63,984 nt of DNA from Thermoanaerobaculia bacterium. GTDB taxonomy: Bacteria > Acidobacteriota > Thermoanaerobaculia > Multivoradales > JAHEKO01. The DNA lies in contig JBHHWO010000004.1 in assembly GCA_046756565.1 (NCBI GenBank), forward strand, positions 1 to 63,984, read 5' to 3'. How positions within the stretch are numbered: the first letter of the stretch is position 1; each line of letters opens with the position of its first letter. A program made the translations under genes and the position numbers. The notes beneath the pieces were generated by a model. The model saw nothing but the letters and a program-made list of their open reading frames with translations, did not search any database and had not been told where the DNA came from. This document shows, piece by piece, positions 1 through 9,320 of this stretch.

Positions 1-17
1 ACCGTAAGACCTTGTCG

Positions 18-52
18 CGCGACCATCTGGACTTCTGCCACGGGCTGCTAGG
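18..52. repeat. Left copy of a 35-nt inverted repeat shared with 63931..63965 (33/35 identical in reverse complement)
   Basis: The reverse complement of 18..52 is cctagcagcccgtggcagaagtcCagaTggtcgcg. Positions 63931..63965 read cctagcagcccgtggcagaagtcGagaCggtcgcg. The left copy lies 16 nt downstream of the stop of the minus-strand gene ending at 68. Confidence 0.7.
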
Positions 53-67
53 GCGACGTCCCGGCCT

Positions 68-2347
68 CTACAGGCCGGTCCCGCGCAAACTGACCTGGGC
101 CACACCCGCTCCGGCGCCGTGCCGGACCACGATGGTGCCGCGTCTTGGTCCGACGGCTCCGGGCGCCAGCCTCACTCCCACGGTGCAGCTGCCGCTCGGC
201 GCCAGAGCGGTGACCCCGTCGCAGGTCCCGGCGACCAACTGGAAGTCTTCGGCGTGATCGCCGCGCAGCACCACGCTCTTGAGGTCCAGCCAGGCCGCGC
301 CCGGGTTGCTGATCACGACGGTGCCGATCTCGCCTCGCCCCCCGACCCTAGCCGAGCCCAGATCGAGCGAATCCGTCGAGATCCGAAACGCGGGCGCCGG
401 CGTCCTCGCGATCCCGGTGAGCTGGATCTTAGCCGGGCTGTCCGGACCGTTGTACGACAGAACCAGCTCCGCCCGGTGAGTCTTGGCTACCGTGCCTTCG
501 AACGCGATCTTGAAGCGGCAGCCCGCTCCGGGGGCCAGCCCGGCATCCAGCGCGCAGCCCATCTCGGTCAGGGCGAACGCTGAGGCGTCATCGCCCTCAA
601 AGCGCAGCCCGGCGAGTTGCAGACGCGCGGCACCGTCGTTGGTGATCGCCAGATCCAGCTCCTCGAAGCGTCCGAGATAGACGTCACCGAAGTCGAGCCG
701 GCTCGGCCTGACTTTGAGGGCCGAAACGGCCCCGGATCCGGAGAGACCGATCCGCACGACGGGCAGGTCGAACCCGGGGTCCACGATCAGCGTGGCCGCG
801 CGCGGCCCTCGACGAGCCGGGCTGAAACCCACATCGAGGGAGCAGGACTTGCCGGGAGCCATGGCCTTGCCCACACACTGATTGGCGCGCACGAGAAAGT
901 CCCCGGCCTCGCGCCCGCTGATCGCCGAAGACTGGAAAGTCAGGGTCGCGGTTCCCGAGTTGGTGAAGCGGAGCCTTCTGGGTGCGCTCTCGAAACCGAC
1001 GCGCTGCTGCTTGAAATCGACCGCCGTCTGAGCCACCGCGAGGCGTGGCGTGACGCCGAGTCCCGCTAGGCCGACCGTCGAATCCTCGCTCGCGCCAGTG
1101 GCCGAGAGGCGTAGCCTTCCCGTGACCGGACCGTCTTCGACCGGCAGGAAGGTGAGCGCGATCGAGCACCGGTCACCGGACGGCACCACGCTTTCGCGGC
1201 AGCCGTCCTCGACCACCGCAAACGACGAGCTGCCCGATACCACGGTTTTGTTCACCGAGACCGGCCCACCGGTCCGGTTCACGAACACGACCTCCCCGGC
1301 CGCGCCGCGAACTCCGACGCGCTGCTCGCCCAAGTCGAGTCGGTCAGCCTCGGGATCGAGCGGCGGTCCTTCCCAGAGACCGGTACCGTCCAGCGGCAGC
1401 TCGCCCGCGCCGCCGAACGCATCGCTGTCTACGATCAGCTTCGCTCGCCGATCGCCGGAAACCGACGGCTTGAACCGGATGTCGAAGGAGCAGGCCTCAC
1501 CGGGATCCAGCCTCGAGCTCGGGCACCGCCGGCTGCGCGAGAAGTCCGCCTGCGCAGGGCCGTCGATCCGAATTCGAGCGAACCGGAGAGTGTCCGTTCC
1601 AACGTTGGACAGCGTCACTCTCCGCGCGACGGGGTCGCCCTCCAGGGGCACGACGCCAAAGGACATGGTGGTCGGCGCGAGACCGAGTCTCGGAGCCACC
1701 GCCAAGGCCTCGAGGGCGACGCCGGGCTCTTCGCGGTCGTTGCCTTCGATCAACAGGCGCGTGCTCCGGTCGCCGGGTGTCTGGGGTCGAAACCGGACCC
1801 GGAGATTGCAGCTCTCGCCGGTCGCCAGTGCCGATCCGACGCATCCGTCGTCGACCAGCTCGTAGTCGGCGGTGGCCTCGCCGGCGATGGTGAGAGCATG
1901 GACCTCGAGGCGACGCTCGCCTCGGTTGATCACGGCGACGGCCTGCTCATCGCCGGCCTCTCCCACCCGCACGGTGCCGAACTCGAGCTTTCCCGCCGAG
2001 ACCTCTGCGAGCGGCGGCCCCGGAAAGAACAGCCAGAACAGCGCCGCGACGACGACGAGGCCGGCCAGCCACCACAGCCACCGTCTCGGACGGCGGCCGG
2101 CGTGGTAGGCGCGACGCACCCCCGTCGGGCTCTCGGGTTCCGGTGCTGCGCGCCGCCGGTCGGCACCGGGCTCCGCGGCCGTCTCGGGGGCCATCGGATC
2201 GAACTCCAGACCCGAGGAGTTCCTCGCCGAGTCCCCGGGTGCCTGCGGCGTCGATCGGCCAGGCCTCAGTGGCAGATCGACCAGGCCGTCGTCGCCGCCG
2301 GCGCTATGGGGTCTGCTGCCGTTGGTATCCGAGTCTCTGGGTGTCAC
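68..2347 (-). CDS. Single-pass membrane protein with six tandem choice-of-anchor-D / ASH(HYDIN)-like beta-sandwich repeats
   Basis: 759-aa ORF with a GTG start at 2347. The N-terminus is Pro/Arg/Gly-rich and is followed by one TM helix (WLWWLAGLVVVAALFWLFF). Six repeats of about 95 aa follow. Each repeat has L(D/E)FG..(V)G, N.G...L, a Cys...L.PG..C pair and F.P...G.R.A.L(I)V. Confidence 0.75.
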   Translation of the reverse strand: MTPRDSDTNGSRPHSAGGDDGLVDLPLRPGRSTPQAPGDSARNSSGLEFDPMAPETAAEPGADRRRAAPEPESPTGVRRAYHAGRRPRRWLWWLAGLVVVAALFWLFFPGPPLAEVSAGKLEFGTVRVGEAGDEQAVAVINRGERRLEVHALTIAGEATADYELVDDGCVGSALATGESCNLRVRFRPQTPGDRSTRLLIEGNDREEPGVALEALAVAPRLGLAPTTMSFGVVPLEGDPVARRVTLSNVGTDTLRFARIRIDGPAQADFSRSRRCPSSRLDPGEACSFDIRFKPSVSGDRRAKLIVDSDAFGGAGELPLDGTGLWEGPPLDPEADRLDLGEQRVGVRGAAGEVVFVNRTGGPVSVNKTVVSGSSSFAVVEDGCRESVVPSGDRCSIALTFLPVEDGPVTGRLRLSATGASEDSTVGLAGLGVTPRLAVAQTAVDFKQQRVGFESAPRRLRFTNSGTATLTFQSSAISGREAGDFLVRANQCVGKAMAPGKSCSLDVGFSPARRGPRAATLIVDPGFDLPVVRIGLSGSGAVSALKVRPSRLDFGDVYLGRFEELDLAITNDGAARLQLAGLRFEGDDASAFALTEMGCALDAGLAPGAGCRFKIAFEGTVAKTHRAELVLSYNGPDSPAKIQLTGIARTPAPAFRISTDSLDLGSARVGGRGEIGTVVISNPGAAWLDLKSVVLRGDHAEDFQLVAGTCDGVTALAPSGSCTVGVRLAPGAVGPRRGTIVVRHGAGAGVAQVSLRGTGL

Positions 2348-2466
2348 TGCCGTCCTGCCTCGGCGAGAGTACTACAAGATATTTCCCTTTTTTGATGCCA
2401 TGTTCCCTATTCCACAGGGGCCCGGCGAGCGTATGTCAGAATCGTCGGCAGGAACCCGAGAGGACC

Positions 2467-4902
2467 ATGCCGAGCCCAGCTGAAGGACAAGCCATCGGTG
2501 ACCCCGGCGACGCCCAGGCGATTCCGGATCAGCTACCGATCTATCCGCTGGTCACGACGGTCCTGTTTCCGTCGGGAGTAGCCGCCCTGCAGATCGCCGA
2601 CGAGAGGAGCCTGCGTCTCGCCGAGAGCCTGGAGGAAGAAAAGGACCTGATCGGCCTGTTCTGCCTTGCGGGCGACGGCGGGCGGCTGAGCGACAACCTG
2701 GCCGACCTGCAGACTGTGGGAGTGGCCGCCAAGGTCGTACAGAAGCTGCGGCTCGGTGAAGGCCGCCTCCAGATCCTCTGCCATGGCTTGGCTCGGGTCG
2801 AGCTGGACCGGATCGAGGAGACCGAGCCTTTCCTGATCGGGCGGGTCCGGCCGCTCGAGGTCGACGAGACCCTCGACGACAGGCTGGCGGCACAGCTCAA
2901 ATCGACCCTGGACGGCTACGAGCAGCTGACCCAGATCGACAACCGATACAGCCCGGAGACGGTCGACGTGCTGCGCATGAACGCCGATTCCGGCCCCAGC
3001 TTTCTCGCCGACCTTTTGGCCTCGTTCCTGAACATACCTCTGGATGAGAAGCGGTCGTTGATCGGCGCCGTCGCGCCCGCCAAGCGACTCCAGCTCCTGG
3101 ACGGGATTCTCGAGCGGGAGCACTCGCGCAACGCGGTCGAAGCTGACATCGACAAGAAGGTCCGGGCCAGCCTCGAAGAAAAGCGCCGCGATCACTTCCT
3201 ACGCGAACAGTTGAAGGTGATTCAGGAGACACTGGGCGAAACCAGCGGACCGAAGCGCGAAGCCGAGCAATACGCCGCGATGGTCGAGGACCTGCCGATC
3301 GACGACGACTCGAAGCGCACAGTCGAACGTGAATGCGAGCGGCTGGCGCTGATGTCCGAGCAGAGCGCCGAGTACCCGGTCCAGAACAACTACCTCGACA
3401 CCCTCTTCGGCCTGCCCTGGTGGGAGAAGACCAAGGACAGTCTCAACCTCAAGAAAGTCGAGCGACTGATAGCGCGGCGGCACCATGGCGTCGACGAGAT
3501 CAAGGAACGGCTGCTCGAGTACCTCGCCGTCATCAAGCTCAAGGGACACATCTCCGGACCCATCCTCTGTCTTGCCGGCCCGCCGGGAACCGGCAAGACT
3601 TCTCTGGCCAGGTCCATCGCCGAGGCCATGGGCCGGAAATTCGTCCCGATCAGCCTGGGTGGGATCTCCGACGAGGCCGAGATCCGCGGCCATCGCAAGA
3701 CCTATGTTGGCGCGATGCCGGGCAAGCTCATGGCGGCATACGACAAGGCCGGAGCCAAGAATCCCGTGATCCTTCTTGACGAGTTGGACAAGCTCGGCAA
3801 GGGCCTGCGCGGAGACCCCGCCGCGGCTCTGCTCGAAGTACTGGATCCGGAGCAGAACACGGCGTTCGTCGATCACTACATCGGGGTTCCCTTCGATCTC
3901 TCAGAAACTCTGTTCATCGCCACCGCCAACCTCCTGGACGACATCCCGCAGCCGCTCAAGGACCGCCTCGAGGTCATCCGGCTGGCCGGCTACACCGACG
4001 CCGAGAAGCAGGTCATCGCTCGCAAGTTCATGCTCAAGCGCCTGCTCGACGCCCATGGCCTCGAGCCGAGGTCGATCGAGTTCACGCCTTCGGCTCTGGT
4101 GCGAATCATTCGTGGCTACACCTCCGAAGCCGGGGTCCGCAATCTGGAGCGCTGCCTGGCCACGATTTGCCGCAAGATGGCCTATCGCCGAGCCGGGTCC
4201 AAGGAGCCGCTCCCCGAAGTGATGCGCATCCGACGGGACGACATCGAAGGCCTACTGGGTACCGTCCTGTTCGAGCAGGAGTTCGCCGGCCGGCGAGCCG
4301 AGATTGGCGTGGCGACAGGACTCGCCTGGACCGGAGCCGGCGGCGCGATCCTGTTCATCGAAGCGACCCGCATGGACGGCAACGGCAAGGTCAGGGTGAC
4401 CGGCCAACTCGGCGACGTCATGCGCGAGTCGGTCGAGACGGCCTACTCCTACGTCAGAGCCCACGGATCCGAGCTCGAGATCCCAGGCGATCTGCCCCGC
4501 TCGAGCGACTTCCACATCCACTTCCCCGCGGGGGCGATTCCCAAAGACGGACCCTCCGCCGGCGTTGCGGCAGCGACCTGCCTGGCCTCGCTGCTGTCGG
4601 GTCGGCCGGTCCGCCACGACGTCGCGATGACCGGCGAGATTACCTTGCGCGGCAAGATTCTCTCCGTCGGCGGAATCAAGGAAAAAGTGCTCGCCGCCCA
4701 CCGCGTCGGGATCAAGAAGGTGCTGCTGCCGATCGGCAACCGCAAGGATCTTGTCTCGGTGCCCGAGGACATTTGCGAAGACATCGAGCTGGTCTTCATC
4801 GACCGGGTTCAGGACGCCTGGAAGGAAGCCCTCGTGCCGCTGGTCATGGCCCAGGAATCGGACCTGGCGCAGTACCGGAAGCCTGTCGGCTCGGCGAACT
4901 AG
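2467..4902 (+). CDS. lon: ATP-dependent Lon protease
   Basis: N-terminal LON substrate-binding region. AAA+ Walker A is GPPGTGKTS and Walker B is ILLDELDK. The protease domain has PKDGPSAG (catalytic Ser) and GGIKEKVLAAHR (Lys). The ATG at 2467 (MPSPAEG) was chosen. The 2143 start of the ORF track only adds an Arg-rich extension antisense to the neighbouring gene. Confidence 0.95.
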   Translation: MPSPAEGQAIGDPGDAQAIPDQLPIYPLVTTVLFPSGVAALQIADERSLRLAESLEEEKDLIGLFCLAGDGGRLSDNLADLQTVGVAAKVVQKLRLGEGRLQILCHGLARVELDRIEETEPFLIGRVRPLEVDETLDDRLAAQLKSTLDGYEQLTQIDNRYSPETVDVLRMNADSGPSFLADLLASFLNIPLDEKRSLIGAVAPAKRLQLLDGILEREHSRNAVEADIDKKVRASLEEKRRDHFLREQLKVIQETLGETSGPKREAEQYAAMVEDLPIDDDSKRTVERECERLALMSEQSAEYPVQNNYLDTLFGLPWWEKTKDSLNLKKVERLIARRHHGVDEIKERLLEYLAVIKLKGHISGPILCLAGPPGTGKTSLARSIAEAMGRKFVPISLGGISDEAEIRGHRKTYVGAMPGKLMAAYDKAGAKNPVILLDELDKLGKGLRGDPAAALLEVLDPEQNTAFVDHYIGVPFDLSETLFIATANLLDDIPQPLKDRLEVIRLAGYTDAEKQVIARKFMLKRLLDAHGLEPRSIEFTPSALVRIIRGYTSEAGVRNLERCLATICRKMAYRRAGSKEPLPEVMRIRRDDIEGLLGTVLFEQEFAGRRAEIGVATGLAWTGAGGAILFIEATRMDGNGKVRVTGQLGDVMRESVETAYSYVRAHGSELEIPGDLPRSSDFHIHFPAGAIPKDGPSAGVAAATCLASLLSGRPVRHDVAMTGEITLRGKILSVGGIKEKVLAAHRVGIKKVLLPIGNRKDLVSVPEDICEDIELVFIDRVQDAWKEALVPLVMAQESDLAQYRKPVGSAN

Positions 4903-5092
4903 ACGCGGCTAATCGCCGAGTCCCCGGGATCAATCGAGGTCCCTGCTTGGGCCGGACGGCGTCAACACTCTCGCCACTGCTAGAATCCGGTCCGAACACC
5001 GCCAATAGCTGCACAGAGTCGGCGCGAGACACGCGCGATGGGACACCCCGCCAAACTGACGGCTATGGGTGCTATCGAGCCGCCTTATGACT

Positions 5093-5400
5093 TCAGACGC
5101 CGTCAGTCGCCTTCACCAGCTCGTCGAGGTTCTCGAGATGAACTTCGAGGCAGCCAGTGTGCCACCACCGGACCGGCCCGACCGCTACTGGGCACGTCAG
5201 ACGGCGGCTCGGGAACGCGACTCCACGGCTTGCAGGATCGTTTTCCCCAGGTCCGGTCCCCGTCGTGGTCCCTGGTCGGCCTCCCCGCTCACGAGACATG
5301 TGAGCCGGTCCGACGGGCGAACGCGCCGATGCGAGTAGGCCAACAGCAGTGCCTGCCATCGCTGGTAGCGGTCGTTGCTTATTGAGAATACGGTGTGCAT
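5093..5400 (-). pseudogene. Possible frameshifted or truncated gene remnant between lon and folK
   Basis: Two overlapping minus-strand ORFs with coding-like GC3. The first is 5197..5400 (MHTVFSISNDRYQRWQALLLAYSHRRV...LTCLVSG). The second is 5093..5359, ending ...HLENLDELVKATDGV. Joining them needs a 1-nt shift near 5200. Only about 165 codons of space are available. Confidence 0.25.
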
Positions 5401-5425
5401 CGCGGTTCGCTTCCCGCTCGGCCGC

Positions 5426-6025
5426 CTACCGGTGCGGGTCGGAGGACCGTCGATCCCGGTCGAGGAAGCCTCGTATCAAACCACTGCGAGCCGCCGGTCG
5501 GATCCCACCTTTCTCCGCCACCGCTCCGAGCCGCGTCGCAATAACAGACAACGAATCTCCGGTCACTGGATGCACACGTTCGGGTGCCAGATCGGCCAGA
5601 GGACCCGCTACGTGGGCACGAGTGAGGATCTCCGGATCGGGGACTTGGAGCCCCAGCGGCTCGCTCTCGATGACCTCGTCGCCATAGAGTGCGATGTCGA
5701 GGTCGATCGGGCGCGGCGCGTTGCGATCGGAGCCCCGCCGACGGCCCAGGTGCGCTTCGACATCGCGAAGCACACCGTATTTGAGATCGGCGGCCGAGAG
5801 ATCGGTCATGATCTCGACCGCGGCGTTGAGAAACTCGGGCATCGACCTGGAGATTGGGCCCTCCGCAACGGCCGCGGAGACGAAGACGCGCGAGGCTGCC
5901 ACCACCTGAAGCACGTCCGCCACGCGCTCGACCGCGGCCGTCAGGTTCACCTCGGGCTCGATGTTGGAGCCGAGGGAGATCAGCACCGAGACCTCCACCG
6001 TCGAAATGTCCGGCTCGCCGCTCAC
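5426..6025 (-). CDS. folK: 2-amino-4-hydroxy-6-hydroxymethyldihydropteridine pyrophosphokinase (HPPK)
   Basis: Typical HPPK pattern: LISLGSNIEP, FLNAAVEI, LRDVEAHLGR.R.....PRPIDLDIALYGD, L.VP(D)P.I..RAHV. The GTG start overlaps the folB stop (GTGA). Confidence 0.9.
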   Translation of the reverse strand: MSGEPDISTVEVSVLISLGSNIEPEVNLTAAVERVADVLQVVAASRVFVSAAVAEGPISRSMPEFLNAAVEIMTDLSAADLKYGVLRDVEAHLGRRRGSDRNAPRPIDLDIALYGDEVIESEPLGLQVPDPEILTRAHVAGPLADLAPERVHPVTGDSLSVIATRLGAVAEKGGIRPAARSGLIRGFLDRDRRSSDPHR

Positions 6026-6399
6026 TCGAAATCGGGCCGGGAACGATCGATCTCGATGCCGACCGACTCGGCGAAGCGCAGAGCCCCCGGCTTCTCCACT
6101 CGCACCAACACGCGCGGAGCTCCGAAATCCATCACCACGATGCGTGCGATCTCGGCACCCAAGGCCTCGACCAGCCGAAAGCTCGAGGATTCCACGAGTG
6201 CGATAATCGTCTTGGTGATCGAGCGATAGTTGAGCGTGTCGCCGATGTCGTCGGTGGCTCCGGCTGTTGCCAGATCCGAGAAGATGGTCAGGTTGATCAG
6301 GATGTCCTGCTTCTTCTCCCGCTCCCAGTCATTGACACCGATGATCCCTCGCAGGAGCAGGTCACGGACGAAGATCCTGTCGGTACTCGAATCGGCCAT
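6022..6399 (-). CDS. folB: Dihydroneopterin aldolase
   Basis: Sequence is MADSSTDRIFVRDLLLRGIIGVNDWEREKKQDILINL...DDIGDTLNYRSI...VRVEKPGALRFA. ATG at 6399. The upstream part of the 207-aa ORF is Arg-rich and overlaps the SDR gene. Confidence 0.9.
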   Translation of the reverse strand: MADSSTDRIFVRDLLLRGIIGVNDWEREKKQDILINLTIFSDLATAGATDDIGDTLNYRSITKTIIALVESSSFRLVEALGAEIARIVVMDFGAPRVLVRVEKPGALRFAESVGIEIDRSRPDFE

Positions 6400-6428
6400 C
6401 TGTTTCTGCCAACGCGGACAGTGCCGGA

Positions 6429-7184
6429 CTAGAGTATCGCTCTCGGTGCAGCCAGGTGGTCGCCGCCGTCGACTGGAAGGACGGCTCCGGTGATGAAGTC
6501 GTTCGAGATCAGAAACACCACCGCCTCCGCAAGCTCTCGAGGGCTGCCGGTCCGTTGAAGCGGTGTTTGCCTTGCGAGCTCGCGCCACCTGTCCGAGTCT
6601 TCGTCCATGCCGGGCGGCGGCAGGATCGCACCCGGTACCACACAATTCACGCGGATCTCCGGAGCCAGCTCGCAGGCGGCGGCTCGTGTCAGGTGAATCA
6701 AACCTGCCTTACTGGTGCCGTGGTGAGCGAATTTCTTCCAGGGTCTGACTCCGCTGAGATCCGCGATGTTGACGATCGCGCCCGACCCCGCCGATCGCAT
6801 CAATGGAGTCGCGAGTTGGGTGCAAAGAAAGGGCGCTCGGAGGTTGAGCGCCATGACCTCGTCCCAGGCCTCGACTGTAATGTCTGCGAATCGCGCCCGC
6901 TCGAAGCTCGCCGCGCTGTTGACCAGGACGTCCAGGCGGCCCGCGCGCTCACGGATCGCATCGAACAACCGCTCGACCTCTTTTCGCCTTCGAAGATCCG
7001 CCTGGACCGGCCACGCGGAGACTCCCAGGTCTTCGATCTCGCTGGCGGCCTCGGTTGCCGCGACTTCGGAGCCAGCGTAGTGAACCACCAGCGACGCGCC
7101 CCGTCGTGCCAGCGCGAGGGCGATCGCCCTGCCGACCCTGCGAGCCGCTCCGGTGACCAGAGCGGTCTTGCCTCCGAGGTCCAT
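6429..7184 (-). CDS. Short-chain dehydrogenase/reductase, probably a pteridine/dihydrofolate reductase-type SDR (by context)
   Basis: Rossmann motif TALVTGAARRVGRAIA. NSAA motif as VNSAASF. Catalytic region YxxxK-equivalent is HHGTSKAGL. PG motif as VVPGAI. It is the first gene of a co-directional SDR-folB-folK string. Confidence 0.8.
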   Translation of the reverse strand: MDLGGKTALVTGAARRVGRAIALALARRGASLVVHYAGSEVAATEAASEIEDLGVSAWPVQADLRRRKEVERLFDAIRERAGRLDVLVNSAASFERARFADITVEAWDEVMALNLRAPFLCTQLATPLMRSAGSGAIVNIADLSGVRPWKKFAHHGTSKAGLIHLTRAAACELAPEIRVNCVVPGAILPPPGMDEDSDRWRELARQTPLQRTGSPRELAEAVVFLISNDFITGAVLPVDGGDHLAAPRAIL

Positions 7185-7290
7185 CGCGGGATGATGATGG
7201 CGGCAGGACGGCAGTGTCAACCGCCGGCCTGATCCGAGCACTCGGCCTCGATAGAATCCGACGCCACTACACTATGAGGAGAGCAAAGGA

Positions 7291-9276
7291 ATGAAGCGCA
7301 GACACAAGACACTGTCAACGGTCGCATTGATCGCCACGTTCACCTGCCTACCGGCACTTGCGGAGGTCGAGCGTCGCGAGGTGAACAACGGCAATGTCGT
7401 GCTGGAGGGAGTCCCCGAGATCCCGGCCAGCCTCACCGCGAGTATCGATCGCTACCTCGAGGTACGCGATGCCAGGTTCACGCACTGGTCGGCCGACGGA
7501 TCGGCGATCTTCGTCACGACGCGATTCGGCAACGTCCGGCAGCTCCATCGCGTGGGCGGTCCGGGAGCCTTCCGTCAACAACTGACCTTCTTCGAGGAGC
7601 CAATCAGCGGGATCGAGCGACAACCCAACGGCGACCGGCTGACCTTTCTCATGGACGAGGGCGGCAGCGAGTTCTCGCAGATCTTTCTCCTGGACCCGGC
7701 GAGCGGCGAGAGCCGACAGCTCTCCGACGGCGAGTCACGGAATCGGGCGGTCGAGTGGAACCGAGCCGGCAACAGGATCGCGTTCCAGAGCACCCGCCGC
7801 AATGGACGGTCGAACGACATCTGGATCACGGACGTGAACGATCCCGGCTCGGCGAGTCTGGCCCTCGAAGCCGGAGACGGTAGCTGGTGGGGAGCCAACG
7901 ACTGGAGCGCGGACGACGGCCGGCTTCTGATCGGGCAGTATGTGAGCGTCACCGACTCGCGGATCCATCTGCTCGACCTCGGGTCGGGGGAACGTCGCTT
8001 GCTGGCGGGAAGCGAAAGCGAGCCGTCGAAGAACCTGGGCGTCGCGCCCGCCTTTGCTGCCGACGGAGAGGGGATCTTCCTGGCCACCGACCTCGGCAGC
8101 AACGTGACGCGCCTGGCCTATCTGAGTCTCTCCACCGGAGAGATCGAGACCATCACCAACGACATCACCTGGGACGTCGACGATTTCGCCATGACCGACG
8201 ACCGCACGAGGGCAGCCTTCGTCGTCAACCAAGACGGCGTCGACCGGCTCTACCTTCTCGAGCCCAATTCGAGGGCCTATGTACCGGTGCGCTCGCTACC
8301 CGTGGGATTGATCGGCGGGCTGTCTTTCAGCCCGCAAGGCGACCGGCTGGCGCTCACCCTCAACACGGCCAAGACGCCGAGCGACGTCTTCGTACTCGAA
8401 CTGGGCGAAGGAGCGCTGGACTCGGGCGAACTCGTGCGCTGGACCTACAGCGAGGTCGGCGGCCTCGACACCGAGTGGTTCTCCGAGCCCGAGCTCGTTC
8501 ACTACCCCACCTTCGACGAAGTCGGAGGAGCGGCAAGACAGATCCCGGCGTTCGTATACAGGCCCGAGGGCGACGGCCCGTTTCCGGTCATCGTCTCGAT
8601 TCACGGCGGACCCGAAGGCCAGTACCGGCCCAGTTTCCGGAGCACCGTTCAAATGTGGATCGCCGAGCTGGGTGTCGCTGTGATCGCGCCAAACGTGCGA
8701 GGCTCCTCGGGCTACGGACGCGAGTACGTCGGGCTGGACAACGGCTTCCAACGCGAAGACTCGGTCAAAGACATCGGCGCCCTGCTGGATTGGATCGGGA
8801 GGCAGCCCGATCTCGACTCGTCCAAGGTCGCCGTCTACGGTGGCAGCTATGGCGGCTACATGGTCCTGGCCAGCCTGGTCCACTACAGCGACCGGCTCAA
8901 GGCTGCAGTGGACATCGTCGGGATCTCGAACTTCGTGACGTTCCTCGAAAACACGCAGGACTATCGCAGAGATCTTCGCCGAGTCGAGTACGGCGACGAG
9001 CGGGACGCCGAGATGCGTGAGTTCCTCCAACGGATCAGCCCGAGCAACAACGTCGACAAGATCAGTGCGCCGCTCTTCGTCGCCCAGGGCCAGAACGACC
9101 CAAGGGTACCGGTCACCGAATCCGAACAGATCGTCAAGGCAGTGCGCGAGGCCGGCCACGACGTCTGGTACATGAATGCACTCAACGAGGGCCATGGTTT
9201 CCGAAAGAAGGAGAACTCGGACCTCTATCGAGCGACCGTCGTGCTCTTCTTCAAGAAACACCTGCTCGGACTATGA
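7291..9276 (+). CDS. Secreted S9 family serine peptidase (prolyl oligopeptidase / dipeptidyl aminopeptidase type)
   Basis: Signal peptide (TVALIATFTCLPALA). The N-terminal half is beta-propeller-like. The C-terminal half is an alpha/beta hydrolase with GxSxGG (VYGGSYGGYM), GQNDPRVP (Asp) and NEGHGF (His). Confidence 0.9.
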   Translation: MKRRHKTLSTVALIATFTCLPALAEVERREVNNGNVVLEGVPEIPASLTASIDRYLEVRDARFTHWSADGSAIFVTTRFGNVRQLHRVGGPGAFRQQLTFFEEPISGIERQPNGDRLTFLMDEGGSEFSQIFLLDPASGESRQLSDGESRNRAVEWNRAGNRIAFQSTRRNGRSNDIWITDVNDPGSASLALEAGDGSWWGANDWSADDGRLLIGQYVSVTDSRIHLLDLGSGERRLLAGSESEPSKNLGVAPAFAADGEGIFLATDLGSNVTRLAYLSLSTGEIETITNDITWDVDDFAMTDDRTRAAFVVNQDGVDRLYLLEPNSRAYVPVRSLPVGLIGGLSFSPQGDRLALTLNTAKTPSDVFVLELGEGALDSGELVRWTYSEVGGLDTEWFSEPELVHYPTFDEVGGAARQIPAFVYRPEGDGPFPVIVSIHGGPEGQYRPSFRSTVQMWIAELGVAVIAPNVRGSSGYGREYVGLDNGFQREDSVKDIGALLDWIGRQPDLDSSKVAVYGGSYGGYMVLASLVHYSDRLKAAVDIVGISNFVTFLENTQDYRRDLRRVEYGDERDAEMREFLQRISPSNNVDKISAPLFVAQGQNDPRVPVTESEQIVKAVREAGHDVWYMNALNEGHGFRKKENSDLYRATVVLFFKKHLLGL

Positions 9277-9320
9277 GCTCTGACCGTCTGGCCTGACCGG
9301 TCACGGACGCTCTTGGGGAG

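Noticed and set aside
2143-2466. N-terminal extension of the Lon ORF
   Set aside because: It is an Arg/Pro/Ser-rich stretch overlapping the start of the divergent gene at 68..2347. Lon homology starts right after ATG 2467.
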